Positions 9,672 to 21,068 are shown, counted from the first letter of the stretch. The stretch: 64,000 nt of DNA from an uncultured Isosphaeraceae bacterium (GCA_964395845.1 CAYNCG010000015.1:356-64355); one strand, 5' to 3'. A program made the numbers and translations. The notes: generated from the letters alone by a model not told the origin.

Positions 9672-12623
9672 ATGCGGCAGCACTCGTCCGGCCTTTCGAC
9701 AGACCAGACGCCCTCGGCGAACCAGACCCCACCGCACTCGGAACCCTCCCACGCAGCGTCGCGCGGCGGCGCCGCGCTCCGTCGGCCCGCTCGCCGCCTC
9801 CCGCTGTTCTGCTGCGCGCCCGCGTTGGCGTTGAGCATCGCGATGATGCCGGCGTCGACGCTCGTCGGCGCCGATCTGCCCGGCTCGCCGAAGCTCACGC
9901 CGCTCACCGCCCCGAAGGCACTCGCGCCCAAGACGGGAAGCGCCCCGCTCGCCGGCGGCGCCGCCGCACAGGGCGCCGCGGCGCTCTCGCCCCTCGCCGA
10001 CGATCCCGCGAACGCCCTCGATCCGTTCGTCCCGATCGATGAGTCGCGACTCTCCGCGGCCACCCTCTCGATGATGACCGTGGGCTCGGTGATCGAACTG
10101 CCGACCGCCCAAGGCCCGCTTCGCATGCGGCTCATCGAGCGCGGTCGGACGAGCCTTGGCAGTGCGTCCTATGTCTTCCGCGGCGGACCCGACACCGATG
10201 CTCCCTTCGGCTCGAACGCCACGCTCGTCGTGCGCGACGGTCTCGTCGGCGGCTTCGTCCGTGGCATCGACGGCTTCGATGTGATCGTCACGCCGATCGA
10301 CGAGTGGCGTCAGTCGCTCGTCTTCCGGCCGAGCGCGATCGGCGACTGCGGCAACACGCCGGCGATGGGCAAGCCCTTCGATCCGAATGATCCGGCGAAC
10401 GATGATGCGGGTGACGGCGGCGTCGCCGGCGCCTGCAACGATCCGGCCTCGATCCAGGATGTCCTTGTCGTCTACACGCCGGCCGCGGCCGCCGCGAACG
10501 GCGGCTCGGTGGCCATCACGGCGCTCATCGAGGCCAGCATCCTCGATGCCAACATCGCCCTCAAGAACAGCGAAGCGCCGAACCGCCTCCGGCTCGTCTC
10601 GATCTACGGCTTCGACTTCCCCGAGTCGGGCGACATCTTCACCGACCTCGACACGCTCACCGATCCGGACGACGGCGTCGGTGACTTCGTGCACACGCTC
10701 CGCGACCTCTTCGCGGCCGACCTCGTTCAGCTCGTCGCCGACGCGCCCGGCGCCTGCGGCCTCGCGTGGCTCTTCGAGAATGACCCGAGCCGAGGCTTCA
10801 GCGTCGTCGATGCCGCGTGCCTCGCGAACTACACCCCGGCCCACGAGATCGGTCACAACTTCGGCGCCTGCCATGCGGTCGGCGACGGCGGTGGCTGCGA
10901 GTCGGGCGGCTACTTCCCCTTCTCGAACGGCTACCGCTTCATCGGCGACTCGAGCACCCTCTGGCGGACGGTCATGGCCTACGCCCCGGGAACGCGCATC
11001 CCCTACTTCTCGAATCCCGGGGTCGTGTACGACGGCGAGTCGGTCGGCATCGGCGGCTCGAGCCCGACCTCGACCGACAACGCGCGCACGATCGAGCTGA
11101 CCGCCGAAGCGGTCTCGAACTTCCGCTGCGACGGCGAACCGCCGAAGGACTGCAACGCGAACGGCCTGCCGGATCTCATCGATGTGCTCGACGGCTCGAG
11201 CGAGGACTGCAACGGCAACGGCATCCCGGACGAGTGCGACATCGGCGGCGGCTTCAGCCTCGACGAGAACAACGACGGCGTGCCCGACGAGTGCGCTGCC
11301 CTCCCGGCGAAGTTCTATCCGGAGGACGATGGCGATCCGCGGGTCCTCGACGCAGCAGGATTCGCCGTCGCGATCGGCCGCGGACTCGCTCCGGTCGGTA
11401 CCACCGTTCCGCTCAACGCCGTCGTCGGCGCCTTCGGTGACGACGAGGCGGGAGCCAATGTCGGAGCCGCCTATGTCTTCACGCCGCTCGGCGTGCAGCA
11501 GGCGAAGCTCCTCCCCGACGATCCCGATCCGCAGTCGAACTTCGGCCGCGCGGTCGACACCTGGTCCTTCATTCCCTCCGCGCTGACCCCGAAGCGCGAG
11601 TTCGCCGTAGCGGGCGCGTATCGCGCCGACGCCCTCGGCCTGAACGAGCGCGGGGCGGTCTATGTCTTCAGCTCGGACAACGACGGCGCATGGACGCAGC
11701 GGCTGAAGCAGATCGCCAGCGACGGCAAGGCCGGCGACTGGTTCGGCTTCTCCGTGAACATGACCCGCTCGCCCGCCGACAGCCAGCACACGCTCGTCGT
11801 CGGGGCCCCGAACGGGAACTCCGGCAAGGGCGCGGTCTACATCTACCGGTACCAGGACGCCAACACCACCACGCTCGCGAAGAAGCTGATCCTGCCGCTC
11901 TCCGATGTCGGCGCGGACTTCGGCTGGTCCCTTGCGACCGACAACTTCGTCACGCTCATCACGCCGAATCCGATCGCGATCACCCAACGGGCCATTCTCG
12001 TCGCCGGAGCTCCCGGCTTCAGCGATGACGCTGGCCGCGTGCGCGTCTTCGAACGGGCCACCACGCCGAACGCGAGCTATCCGAGCGCCGGCGTGACCAT
12101 CTCGCTCGGACCGGATCAGACCCAGGCCGGCGACCGCTTCGGCGAGGCCGTGGCGATCGCCGACAACTACCTCGTGATCGGCGCCCCGGGGCGCAACGAG
12201 GGGCGCGGCGCAGCGTATGTCTACGAGCGCACGAACCTCGGCGTTTGGGCGCCGCGGGTCGAGCTGACCTTCACCGACGGCAAGCCGAACGATCGGCTCG
12301 GCGCGGCGGTCTCGATCACGACCGCAACCGACGGCGCCCTCTGGGTCACCGTCGGTGCGCCGCGTTTCGACCGGCCGACCGCGAGCGGCACGCTCACCGA
12401 TGCCGGCACGGTCGTGGTGCTCCGCAAGCCGGCGAACTCGCCGACCTGGAGCATCATGAACGCGAACCTGCCGGGCGACATCGCCGCCGGCGACCAGTTC
12501 GGACAGTCGGCCTCGATCTACTCGAGCGGCGCGACCATCCGAGCCCTCATCGGCTCCCCCTTCGACGACGACTCCGGCATCAACTCCGGTTCGCTCTACA
12601 ACCTCGTGCCGACCCTTCCCTGA
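9672..12623 (+). CDS. Secreted metzincin (reprolysin/M12B-like) metalloprotease fused to FG-GAP (integrin-alpha-like) repeats
   Basis: HEIGHNFGACH zinc motif followed by a TVMAY Met-turn-like segment. Asp/Cys-rich DCNGNGIPDECD-type segments come next. These are followed by at least 6 FG-GAP-like repeats (GDWFGFSV, GADFGWSL, GDRFGEAV, NDRLGAAV, GDQFGQSA). The ATG at 9672 is preceded by AGGAG. A hydrophobic signal-like segment is present. Alternative starts exist at 9513 and 9600. Confidence 0.8.
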   Translation: MRQHSSGLSTDQTPSANQTPPHSEPSHAASRGGAALRRPARRLPLFCCAPALALSIAMMPASTLVGADLPGSPKLTPLTAPKALAPKTGSAPLAGGAAAQGAAALSPLADDPANALDPFVPIDESRLSAATLSMMTVGSVIELPTAQGPLRMRLIERGRTSLGSASYVFRGGPDTDAPFGSNATLVVRDGLVGGFVRGIDGFDVIVTPIDEWRQSLVFRPSAIGDCGNTPAMGKPFDPNDPANDDAGDGGVAGACNDPASIQDVLVVYTPAAAAANGGSVAITALIEASILDANIALKNSEAPNRLRLVSIYGFDFPESGDIFTDLDTLTDPDDGVGDFVHTLRDLFAADLVQLVADAPGACGLAWLFENDPSRGFSVVDAACLANYTPAHEIGHNFGACHAVGDGGGCESGGYFPFSNGYRFIGDSSTLWRTVMAYAPGTRIPYFSNPGVVYDGESVGIGGSSPTSTDNARTIELTAEAVSNFRCDGEPPKDCNANGLPDLIDVLDGSSEDCNGNGIPDECDIGGGFSLDENNDGVPDECAALPAKFYPEDDGDPRVLDAAGFAVAIGRGLAPVGTTVPLNAVVGAFGDDEAGANVGAAYVFTPLGVQQAKLLPDDPDPQSNFGRAVDTWSFIPSALTPKREFAVAGAYRADALGLNERGAVYVFSSDNDGAWTQRLKQIASDGKAGDWFGFSVNMTRSPADSQHTLVVGAPNGNSGKGAVYIYRYQDANTTTLAKKLILPLSDVGADFGWSLATDNFVTLITPNPIAITQRAILVAGAPGFSDDAGRVRVFERATTPNASYPSAGVTISLGPDQTQAGDRFGEAVAIADNYLVIGAPGRNEGRGAAYVYERTNLGVWAPRVELTFTDGKPNDRLGAAVSITTATDGALWVTVGAPRFDRPTASGTLTDAGTVVVLRKPANSPTWSIMNANLPGDIAAGDQFGQSASIYSSGATIRALIGSPFDDDSGINSGSLYNLVPTLP

Positions 12624-12676
12624 CGATCACCTGCCCGGTGTCCGATCCGATTCGCCGCATTCCTCACCTCCCCACC

Positions 12677-15673
12677 ATGCGACTCCCCGCCACTTTCGGC
12701 ACGCTTCTCTCGACCTTCGCGAGCCTCAGCTCCATCGCGATCGGGGCGTCGACGGCAAGCCTCCTTGCCCTGAGCCCCTCGGCGTACGCCGGCGACACTC
12801 CGGCCTCCTGCAACAGCGCCGAGCAGAGTTGCCTCGTGGTGAACCTGAAGGCCGGCGGCTGCAACGACGAGATCTGCTGCACGACCGTCTGCACGATCGA
12901 GCCGGCCTGCTGTTCGACCGCCTGGGACGAACTCTGCGTCGCCCTCGCGGTCAAGTTCTGCAGCTCCTGCGGCATCTCGGAGAACTCCTGCTTCGGCAAG
13001 AACATCACCGAGGGGTGCAATGAGCCGAACTGCTGCAACTATGTCTGCTCGCTGCCCGGCTTCGAGGACTGCTGCACCGTCCAGTGGGACGCCAACTGCG
13101 TGAAGATGGCGACGAAGGTCTGCGTCGGCTGCGGTCAGCCCGGCGCCGGAGACTGCAACAAGGTCCATGAGGGCGCCGGCTGCAACAACGCCGAGTGCTG
13201 CGACCAGGTCTGCACCGTCGACGCGACCTGCTGTCAGGTCTCGTGGGACGAACTCTGCGTGCAGTGGGCCGCGTTCTTCTGCCCGGGCTGCGGCGATCCA
13301 GTCGCGGGCAACTGCTGCGTCGCCCACACCACCCCCTTCTGTGACGATGTCGATTGCTGCGAGGCGGTCTGCGAGGTCGACGATTTCTGCTGCACCGTCC
13401 GCTGGGATGTGAACTGCGTCGAGCTCGCCAGCAGCGTCTGCACGCTCGCGAACTGCCTCTGCGGCGATCCGAACGCCGGAAGCTGCAAGAGCGTCCATCC
13501 GACCCCGGGCTGCAACGATCTCGAGTGCTGCACGGAAGTCTGCCTCTTCGACGACTTCTGCTGCATCGTCGCGTGGGACCAGGCGTGCAAGAACGCCGCG
13601 GAGGCCCTCTGTGCGACGAACCCGAACTGCGGCGATGTCGGCAAGGGCTCCTGCTTCGTCCGCCACGACACCCCAGGCTGCGATGACGCCGGCTGCTGCG
13701 AGGCGGTCTGCGCGGTCGATCCGAACTGCTGCCTCTTCAAGTGGGACCAGCAGTGCGCGGATCTCGCCCCGCTCATCTGCACCGACTGCGGCGACATCGA
13801 CGCCGGCTCCTGCTTCGAACCGCACGGCTCGCCCTCCTGCGCGAACGAGGAGTGCTGCGAGGCGGTCTGCAAGATCGATCCCTTCTGCTGCTCGGACCTG
13901 TGGGACACCGTCTGCGTGAGCCTCGCGGTGGCGGGCTGCGATGATCCGATCGGCAACTGCGGCGCGAATCTCGCCCGCTCCTGCTTCGTGCCCTCCGCCT
14001 ACCTGCCCGGCTGCGAAGACGCCGGCTGCTGCGTCGATGTCTGCACGACGCTCGATCCCTATTGCTGCGATGTCCGCTGGGACGCGGCCTGCGTCGAGCA
14101 CGCCTTCAGCCTCTGCGACACCGCCGTCGGCTGCCCCAAGCGCGGCGCCTGCCTCATCCCCCATGTGAACCCCGGCTGCAACGATCCGATCTGCTGCACC
14201 GCGGTCTGCCAGATCGATCCGATCTGCTGCCTGAACACCTGGGACGACAACTGCGTCAGCATCGCCGTCGGCGTCTGCTTCGGTCAGTCCGCCTGCCCGG
14301 GCGTCGACACCTGCTGGGATTCGCACGGCACCCCGGGCTGCGAAGATCCGGCGTGCTGCAATGTCGTCTGTGCCGTCGATCCGGTCTGCTGCATCGAGGC
14401 GTGGGACCAGAACTGCGTCGCGGTCGCCCAGGCCCGCTGCGTGCCGGAGGGTGACTGGAACTGCCCCTGCATCGGCAGTTGCTTCGAGCAGCACGGAAAC
14501 CCCGGCTGCGACGACACCGCCTGCTGCTCGGGCGTCTGCTCGATCGATCCGCTCTGCTGCACGGTGGCGTGGGACGCCGACTGCGCCCTCATCGCCCGCG
14601 TGGTCTGCTGCGGCGACATCGGTTGCGGAAACTACTGCGCCGGCACCTGCTTCGACAGCCACGATCAGCCCTTCTGCAACGACGCCGCCTGCTGCGACGC
14701 CGTCTGCATGATCGATCCCTTCTGCTGCAGCAACCGCTGGGACGGCGTCTGCGCCGAGTTCGCCTTCGAGCGTTGCAGCTCGCTCTGCGGCCTGCCGGAC
14801 GGCGGAAGCTGCTTCGTCCCGAAGATCGCTCCGGGCTGCTCGGATCGAAGCTGCTGCGATGCGGTCTGCGCCGCCGACCCCATCTGCTGCACGACGACCT
14901 GGGATGAGGCCTGCGTCGAGCTTGCCCAGGGCAAGCGCGGACGCCGCGGCCTCTGCGAGCCGCCGGAATGCGGTTCCTTCGCCGCCGGCGACTGCTGCGA
15001 GGCCAAGGATGTCCCGGCCTGCAACGACGAGCAGTGCTGCGAGGCGGTCTGCCGTCAGGATCCCTTCTGCTGCGACAGCCAGTGGGATGAGACCTGCGCC
15101 GGTCTCGCCCGCAAGACCGCAGCCTGCGACTGCGTCTCGGAGTGCGGCGATGCCTGCGCCGGTTCCTGCTGCGAGGCGAAGGACACGCCGCTCTGCGACG
15201 ACGAGGCCTGCTGCGAAGCCGTGTGTGCGCTCGATCCCTTCTGCTGCGAGCTCGAGGGCGGAGCGTGGGACGCGGTCTGCGCCTCCCTCGCCGCGTCGAC
15301 CGACGCATGCGGCGATGTCTGCCCGCAGCCGGAGTGCGGTGACATCACCGCAGGCGACTGCTGCACGCCGCACGCCGGTCCGGCCTGCAACGACCTGAGC
15401 TGCTGCGATGCGGTCTGTGCGATCGACAGCTTCTGCTGCGAGTCGCAGTGGGACATCGCGTGTGCGATCCTGGCCGGCGAGGAGTGCCCGGAGTGCCAGT
15501 CGAAGCTCTTCTGCGGCTCGGCGTCGGCGGGCGACTGCTTCACCACGCACCCGACACCCTACTGCGACAACTTCGGCTGCTGCTCCTTCGTCTGCACCAT
15601 CGATCCGAGCTGCTGCTCGGTCGATTGGGACACGACCTGCGTTGATCTCGCCGCGGCGTTCTGCGGCGGGTGA
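12677..15673 (+). CDS. Secreted cysteine-rich protein made of 17 tandem ~50-58 aa repeats (CC-x2-VC-x2-D-x2-CC-x3-WD-x2-C core)
   Basis: The ATG at 12677 opens a signal-peptide-like N-terminus (MRLPATFGTLLSTFASLSSIAIGAS...AYAG). I counted 17 occurrences of the CC-x3-WD-x2-C core, with about ten Cys per repeat. The upstream part of track ORF 12245.. overlaps the previous gene and was discarded. Confidence 0.8.
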   Translation: MRLPATFGTLLSTFASLSSIAIGASTASLLALSPSAYAGDTPASCNSAEQSCLVVNLKAGGCNDEICCTTVCTIEPACCSTAWDELCVALAVKFCSSCGISENSCFGKNITEGCNEPNCCNYVCSLPGFEDCCTVQWDANCVKMATKVCVGCGQPGAGDCNKVHEGAGCNNAECCDQVCTVDATCCQVSWDELCVQWAAFFCPGCGDPVAGNCCVAHTTPFCDDVDCCEAVCEVDDFCCTVRWDVNCVELASSVCTLANCLCGDPNAGSCKSVHPTPGCNDLECCTEVCLFDDFCCIVAWDQACKNAAEALCATNPNCGDVGKGSCFVRHDTPGCDDAGCCEAVCAVDPNCCLFKWDQQCADLAPLICTDCGDIDAGSCFEPHGSPSCANEECCEAVCKIDPFCCSDLWDTVCVSLAVAGCDDPIGNCGANLARSCFVPSAYLPGCEDAGCCVDVCTTLDPYCCDVRWDAACVEHAFSLCDTAVGCPKRGACLIPHVNPGCNDPICCTAVCQIDPICCLNTWDDNCVSIAVGVCFGQSACPGVDTCWDSHGTPGCEDPACCNVVCAVDPVCCIEAWDQNCVAVAQARCVPEGDWNCPCIGSCFEQHGNPGCDDTACCSGVCSIDPLCCTVAWDADCALIARVVCCGDIGCGNYCAGTCFDSHDQPFCNDAACCDAVCMIDPFCCSNRWDGVCAEFAFERCSSLCGLPDGGSCFVPKIAPGCSDRSCCDAVCAADPICCTTTWDEACVELAQGKRGRRGLCEPPECGSFAAGDCCEAKDVPACNDEQCCEAVCRQDPFCCDSQWDETCAGLARKTAACDCVSECGDACAGSCCEAKDTPLCDDEACCEAVCALDPFCCELEGGAWDAVCASLAASTDACGDVCPQPECGDITAGDCCTPHAGPACNDLSCCDAVCAIDSFCCESQWDIACAILAGEECPECQSKLFCGSASAGDCFTTHPTPYCDNFGCCSFVCTIDPSCCSVDWDTTCVDLAAAFCGG

Positions 15674-15676
15674 TCG

Positions 15677-16999
15677 TCAGCGGTCGGCAAGGGTGTCAGG
15701 GAGCGGCTGGGCGATGAGCGCCAGCCGCTCGACGCCCACGCGCAGAAGGAAGCAGTCGAGTTCCCGCTCGCCGGTTGGCGCGGATCCCCCTCCACCTGAG
15801 AGGGTCCGGGCGATCCGCTGCGTCCAACGATCCGCATCCGCCACGCCGCCGCGGGTGCGCACGCGGGCCCGCTGCGCGCCGCGACGCTTGAGCTCCGCGA
15901 CGACCGCATCCTCGTCGAAGGGCACGACGGCGAGAATCCGCGCCCGTTCGAGCCACGGCGACGGAGCGATCGCCTCCGCGGTGAGAATCCCAAGCCCCGC
16001 CGCAGGCTCGGCGAGTTGGGCCAAGCGGGCGAAGTGTCCGAGCAGCCGGCTTCGCTCGAGCGCAGGATCGGGCACGGCGAGCATCGCGGCGAAGCGATCG
16101 ACGCACGGGACGCCCTCGATCGGGCCTCGGATCGTGACGACATCGTCGGGGTCGCTGCCAACGCGCGTCGCCTGACGGCCGCCATCGGCCTCGCGGAGTC
16201 GACCCCACCACGCGACGAGCTGCACCAGCGTTCCCTCATCGCTGATCCACTCGAGTTCCGCATCGTCGGGGAGGAGCGCGGGATCGAGCCCCGGACCGAG
16301 CTTCAACGCCGCTCCCGTCGCGCGGCGGGCGACCGCGATACACACCTCAAGCGACGGCTCATGGATCGGCGTCAGGGTACGGGCGCCGCGGGCCTCGTCC
16401 CGTCGGGCCGGATCGCAGTGGACGAAGGCACCGTCAAGCGCTCCGTCGTGCAGGAGGTCACGAACATCCGCGATCCGCGCGTCGCAGCGGGCGTTCGTCG
16501 CCGCCATCCACGCCCGAACGGGTGAACGATCGACGGCGATCACCCGCACGCGGGGTGCGGGCCGCTCGGTCCCGCGGGCGAGTTCGGCGAGCGCCATCGC
16601 GTCGCCTCCCATGCCGGAGCAGAGATCCCAGACCCTGATCTCCTCCGCGGTCCGCTCGATGCGCGCGATCGCTCGAGCGAACCGCCGGGCCTTCCAGAGC
16701 GCGACCCGTTCACCGCTCGCCTGCTCGACCGCCTGGCGGTCGCAGACGAGCCCGTCGGCAGCGGCGAATTTCGCCCGGGCCCGCAGGCGTGCCTCCGCGA
16801 GTTGGAGGGCCATCGTGACGGAGGTCGGATCCCACCCGCGACGAAGCCGCTCGATGGCCGCGGCGCTGACCCCGGTCCGGACGACCTCGGCGGCCGCGGC
16901 GAGCAGTTCGGTCTGGGCGAGGAGCTCGCGCCAACGCGCAACCTCCGGGTCGCCCGCTGATCCCTCCGCCATCGAGCTGCCCGGGCCATCCGCTGACAT
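15677..16999 (-). CDS. Class I SAM-dependent methyltransferase (THUMP-like C-terminal region)
   Basis: VWDLCSGMGGDAMALA SAM-binding motif I and a CDPARR-type motif. 440 aa. Confidence 0.7.
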   Translation of the reverse strand: MSADGPGSSMAEGSAGDPEVARWRELLAQTELLAAAAEVVRTGVSAAAIERLRRGWDPTSVTMALQLAEARLRARAKFAAADGLVCDRQAVEQASGERVALWKARRFARAIARIERTAEEIRVWDLCSGMGGDAMALAELARGTERPAPRVRVIAVDRSPVRAWMAATNARCDARIADVRDLLHDGALDGAFVHCDPARRDEARGARTLTPIHEPSLEVCIAVARRATGAALKLGPGLDPALLPDDAELEWISDEGTLVQLVAWWGRLREADGGRQATRVGSDPDDVVTIRGPIEGVPCVDRFAAMLAVPDPALERSRLLGHFARLAQLAEPAAGLGILTAEAIAPSPWLERARILAVVPFDEDAVVAELKRRGAQRARVRTRGGVADADRWTQRIARTLSGGGGSAPTGERELDCFLLRVGVERLALIAQPLPDTLADR

Positions 17000-17234
17000 C
17001 CGCGCGGCATCCTACGGGAGGGCCCTCCGCTCGGGAGGACCGAGAAGGAACCGGGACAGGCGAGCACCCCCCGCAACCGGGAATCGCACCTGAACCGTCG
17101 GAGATCCGGAGCTCGGAGTCAAGCATGTCCGTGAATGACCCGATGGACGCATGTGGGTGTTTGTACGGAGGTCCGCCTGCGCGCGTCGCGGGAGGGTCCG
17201 AGGACAAGCCGCACAGCTCCCACCGCTTCGCGCG

Positions 17235-19568
17235 ATGACGCTCTCCCGACGAACCATGTTCCTCACCGGCGGTGCCCTGCTTGCGCTCATGGCAGGCCTG
17301 TGGGTCGTCGTCGCTGCGGTCATGCTGAGCGGCTTCTGGAAGGTCGAACAGCGCGGCACGAGTCTCCATGTCGAACGGGTGGTCGAAGCGATCGACCTCG
17401 CCGCGGATACCCTCGCGACGAAGCTCTCCGACTGGTCGATGTGGGACGACACCTATGCCTTCGTCGCCGATCGAAACGAGACCTACGCCGCATCGAATCT
17501 GACCGCCAAGGGACTGGACACCCTGGGCCTGCACGCGATGGCGTTTTTCGGCCCCGACGGAACGCTCGTCCATGCCATCACGCTCATGCCAGCCGATGGG
17601 GATGGCGAAGGCGAACCGACCCTCGCGCACGGCGCACCCGAGGGACTCCTCCGACAACTCGCCGCCCATCCGGATCTCCTCGTCAGCGGAACGGGCGAAG
17701 AGGATGTCCGCGCCGGCGTTACGAGTTGGTCAGACAGGATCTACCTCATCGCCTCGCGTCCCATCCTGACCAGCGAGGCGCTCGGCCCGAGTCGCGGGGC
17801 GCTTCTCTTCGTCTCGGAACTCACCGACGAGCGGATCGCGGCGATGGGCGAGCGCTTGCGCATGGCCCTCGCGATCAAGCCGCTCGCCGCAGACGATCCG
17901 CGCCGCTCCGAGGCGCTCCCCGAACGCCCGACGATCGAGCCCATCGATGTGAGCTCGATCCGGGGCAAGACGATCATGGCCGACATCCGCGGCGAGCCGG
18001 CCTTCGCGATCGATGTCGCCGTCCCGCGCTTCGTCCATGCCCAGGCCCTCGCGACCAGCAAGCTCATGGGGATCACGCTCGCGATCGCGGCCTGCGTCGC
18101 GGTGGCGGTCACGATTCTCGTCCTCCGTTTCACCGTCCTCGGACGCCTCGCCCAGCTTCACCGCGAGGTCGGATCGATCGGCGGGACGACGCCTTCGGAC
18201 CGGTCCGGCGACCTGAGCGGCACGCTCATGGCAAACATCACCGCGGACAGTCGGGTGACGGTCGAGGGTCAGGATGAGCTCAGCCATCTCGCCGCGACGC
18301 TGAACGGACTCTTTTCGCGCATTGCGGACGCCCACAGCGACCTCGCCAGCGCGCGGGCCGCGGCCGAGCGGGCGAACCGCGCGAAGAGCGAGTTTCTCGC
18401 CAACATGTCGCACGAGGTGCGCACGCCGCTCACCGCGATCCTCGGATTCGCGGATCTGCTCGCGGAGGCCGGTCATGTGGACCATGCCACGCGCGAGGGG
18501 CTCGACACGGTTCGTCGCAACGGCCGACACCTGCTCGCCGTCATCAATGACATCCTCGACCTCTCGAAGATTGAGGCGGGCCGCATGGATGTCGAGACGC
18601 TCCCCTGCTCGCCGATCCTGCTCGCCCGCGAGGTCATCGATCTCCTCCGCGACCGGGCGACGCAGAAGGGACTGACCCTCGATCTCACGATCGACGGACG
18701 CGTCCCGAGCGTGGTGACGACGGATCCGCTTCGCTTCCGTCAGATTCTCCTCAACCTCACCGGCAACGCCCTCAAGTTCACGCCGAGCGGCGGCGTCACG
18801 CTGCGGATGTCCTACTCCGAGAGTGGTCCCACCGACGCGCCGCGACTGCTCGTTGACATCTGCGACACCGGCATCGGCGTCACCAAGGAGCAGGAGGAAC
18901 GCCTCTTCCGCGCCTACGGACAGGCCGAGACCTCGACCGCGCGGCAGTTCGGCGGCACCGGCCTCGGATTGACGATCAGCCGCAAGCTCGCCACCCTGCT
19001 CGGCGGGGATCTGACCCTTCATGCGACCGGCCCGAATGGCTCGACCTTCCGCCTCAGCGTGGCCGCCGGCCCGATCGCCGAGGACATCGAGTTCGTCACC
19101 CAGACCACCGCAGAGGCCGCCGCGGCCTGCTCGACGAAGGCCCCGCCGCCGGCAGCGCTCTCGATCGACCTGACCGGCCTGACCATCCTGCTCGCCGAAG
19201 ATGGCCCCGACAACCAGCGGCTCCTCGGATTCGTCCTCCGCAAGGCCGGAGCGACGGTCGAGATCGTCGGCGATGGGCGACGGGCCGTCGACGCGGTGCT
19301 CGCCGCACGCCAGGCGCAGCGGCCCTTCGACCTCGTCCTGATGGACATTCAGATGCCGCTCATGGACGGCTTTTCGGCCACCCGCGCCCTCCGTGCGGCT
19401 CGCATCACGACGCCCATCGTGGCCCTCACCGCTCACGCCATGGAAGGCGACCGCGCAGCGTGTCTCGCGGCGGGCTGCGATGACTACGCGTCCAAGCCGA
19501 TCGATCGGACCTCGCTGCTGCAGACATGCCGCCGCGTCGCCCTCGGGGAGCGCCGCGCCGCCGCATAG
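17235..19568 (+). CDS. Hybrid sensor histidine kinase/response regulator with CHASE4-like sensor domain
   Basis: N-terminal TM followed by the DWSMWDDTYAFV sensor motif. H-box MSHEVRTPL, G-box GGTGLGLTIS, and a C-terminal receiver domain (DLVLMDIQMPLMDG). Confidence 0.85.
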   Translation: MTLSRRTMFLTGGALLALMAGLWVVVAAVMLSGFWKVEQRGTSLHVERVVEAIDLAADTLATKLSDWSMWDDTYAFVADRNETYAASNLTAKGLDTLGLHAMAFFGPDGTLVHAITLMPADGDGEGEPTLAHGAPEGLLRQLAAHPDLLVSGTGEEDVRAGVTSWSDRIYLIASRPILTSEALGPSRGALLFVSELTDERIAAMGERLRMALAIKPLAADDPRRSEALPERPTIEPIDVSSIRGKTIMADIRGEPAFAIDVAVPRFVHAQALATSKLMGITLAIAACVAVAVTILVLRFTVLGRLAQLHREVGSIGGTTPSDRSGDLSGTLMANITADSRVTVEGQDELSHLAATLNGLFSRIADAHSDLASARAAAERANRAKSEFLANMSHEVRTPLTAILGFADLLAEAGHVDHATREGLDTVRRNGRHLLAVINDILDLSKIEAGRMDVETLPCSPILLAREVIDLLRDRATQKGLTLDLTIDGRVPSVVTTDPLRFRQILLNLTGNALKFTPSGGVTLRMSYSESGPTDAPRLLVDICDTGIGVTKEQEERLFRAYGQAETSTARQFGGTGLGLTISRKLATLLGGDLTLHATGPNGSTFRLSVAAGPIAEDIEFVTQTTAEAAAACSTKAPPPAALSIDLTGLTILLAEDGPDNQRLLGFVLRKAGATVEIVGDGRRAVDAVLAARQAQRPFDLVLMDIQMPLMDGFSATRALRAARITTPIVALTAHAMEGDRAACLAAGCDDYASKPIDRTSLLQTCRRVALGERRAAA

Positions 19569-19621
19569 GGCGTGTCGTGGCTTGCGGTTTCGGCGCGGAA
19601 GCCCTACCTTCCCGCGCTCCT

Positions 19622-20684
<1,063 letters not shown>

Positions 20685-20713
<29 letters not shown>

Positions 20714-21068
20714 TGGGCGTATGTGATGGGTCAGTGACGGCCTCGTGTCGTGCAAGCGACCGCCAGTGGCTCACGATGTCCGGCGAGACTCCGGCGGCTC
20801 CGCACTCAGGACACACCGAGATGCCGTCCTCCGGCTGACCGAGCTGGTGGAGACAGAGCGGGCAGAGGTGATACCCAGCCTCGGCAGCACGGCGATGAAG
20901 CCTGCGCATCCGTATGCGCGTCACGCTTGACGAGAGAGGCCGCAGGACGAGCACGAGTGCCAGCACGACCACGATCGACGCGGTTGGCCACACCAGAAAC
21001 GCAACGATCGATGCGATGACCAACGCTGCGAACCAGACGAGGAATCCGAAAAACAACGGCGAGGCCAT
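20685..21068 (-). CDS. Small membrane protein with C-terminal zinc-ribbon (CPLC ... CPECG)
   Basis: A hydrophobic N-terminus (two TM-like segments) followed by CPLCLHQL...CPECG. The start was set at an internal ATG (MASPLFF). The 3' end overlaps the convergent DHS gene and runs through a 24-bp tandem duplication. Confidence 0.45.

Noticed and set aside
9420-15550. Long minus-strand ORFs 9420..11987 (855 aa) and 12596..15550 (984 aa)
   Set aside because: They are antisense to the metzincin/FG-GAP gene and to the Cys-rich repeat gene. They are low-complexity Arg/Ala/Gly-rich translations, whereas the plus-strand frames carry clear motifs and a repeat structure.
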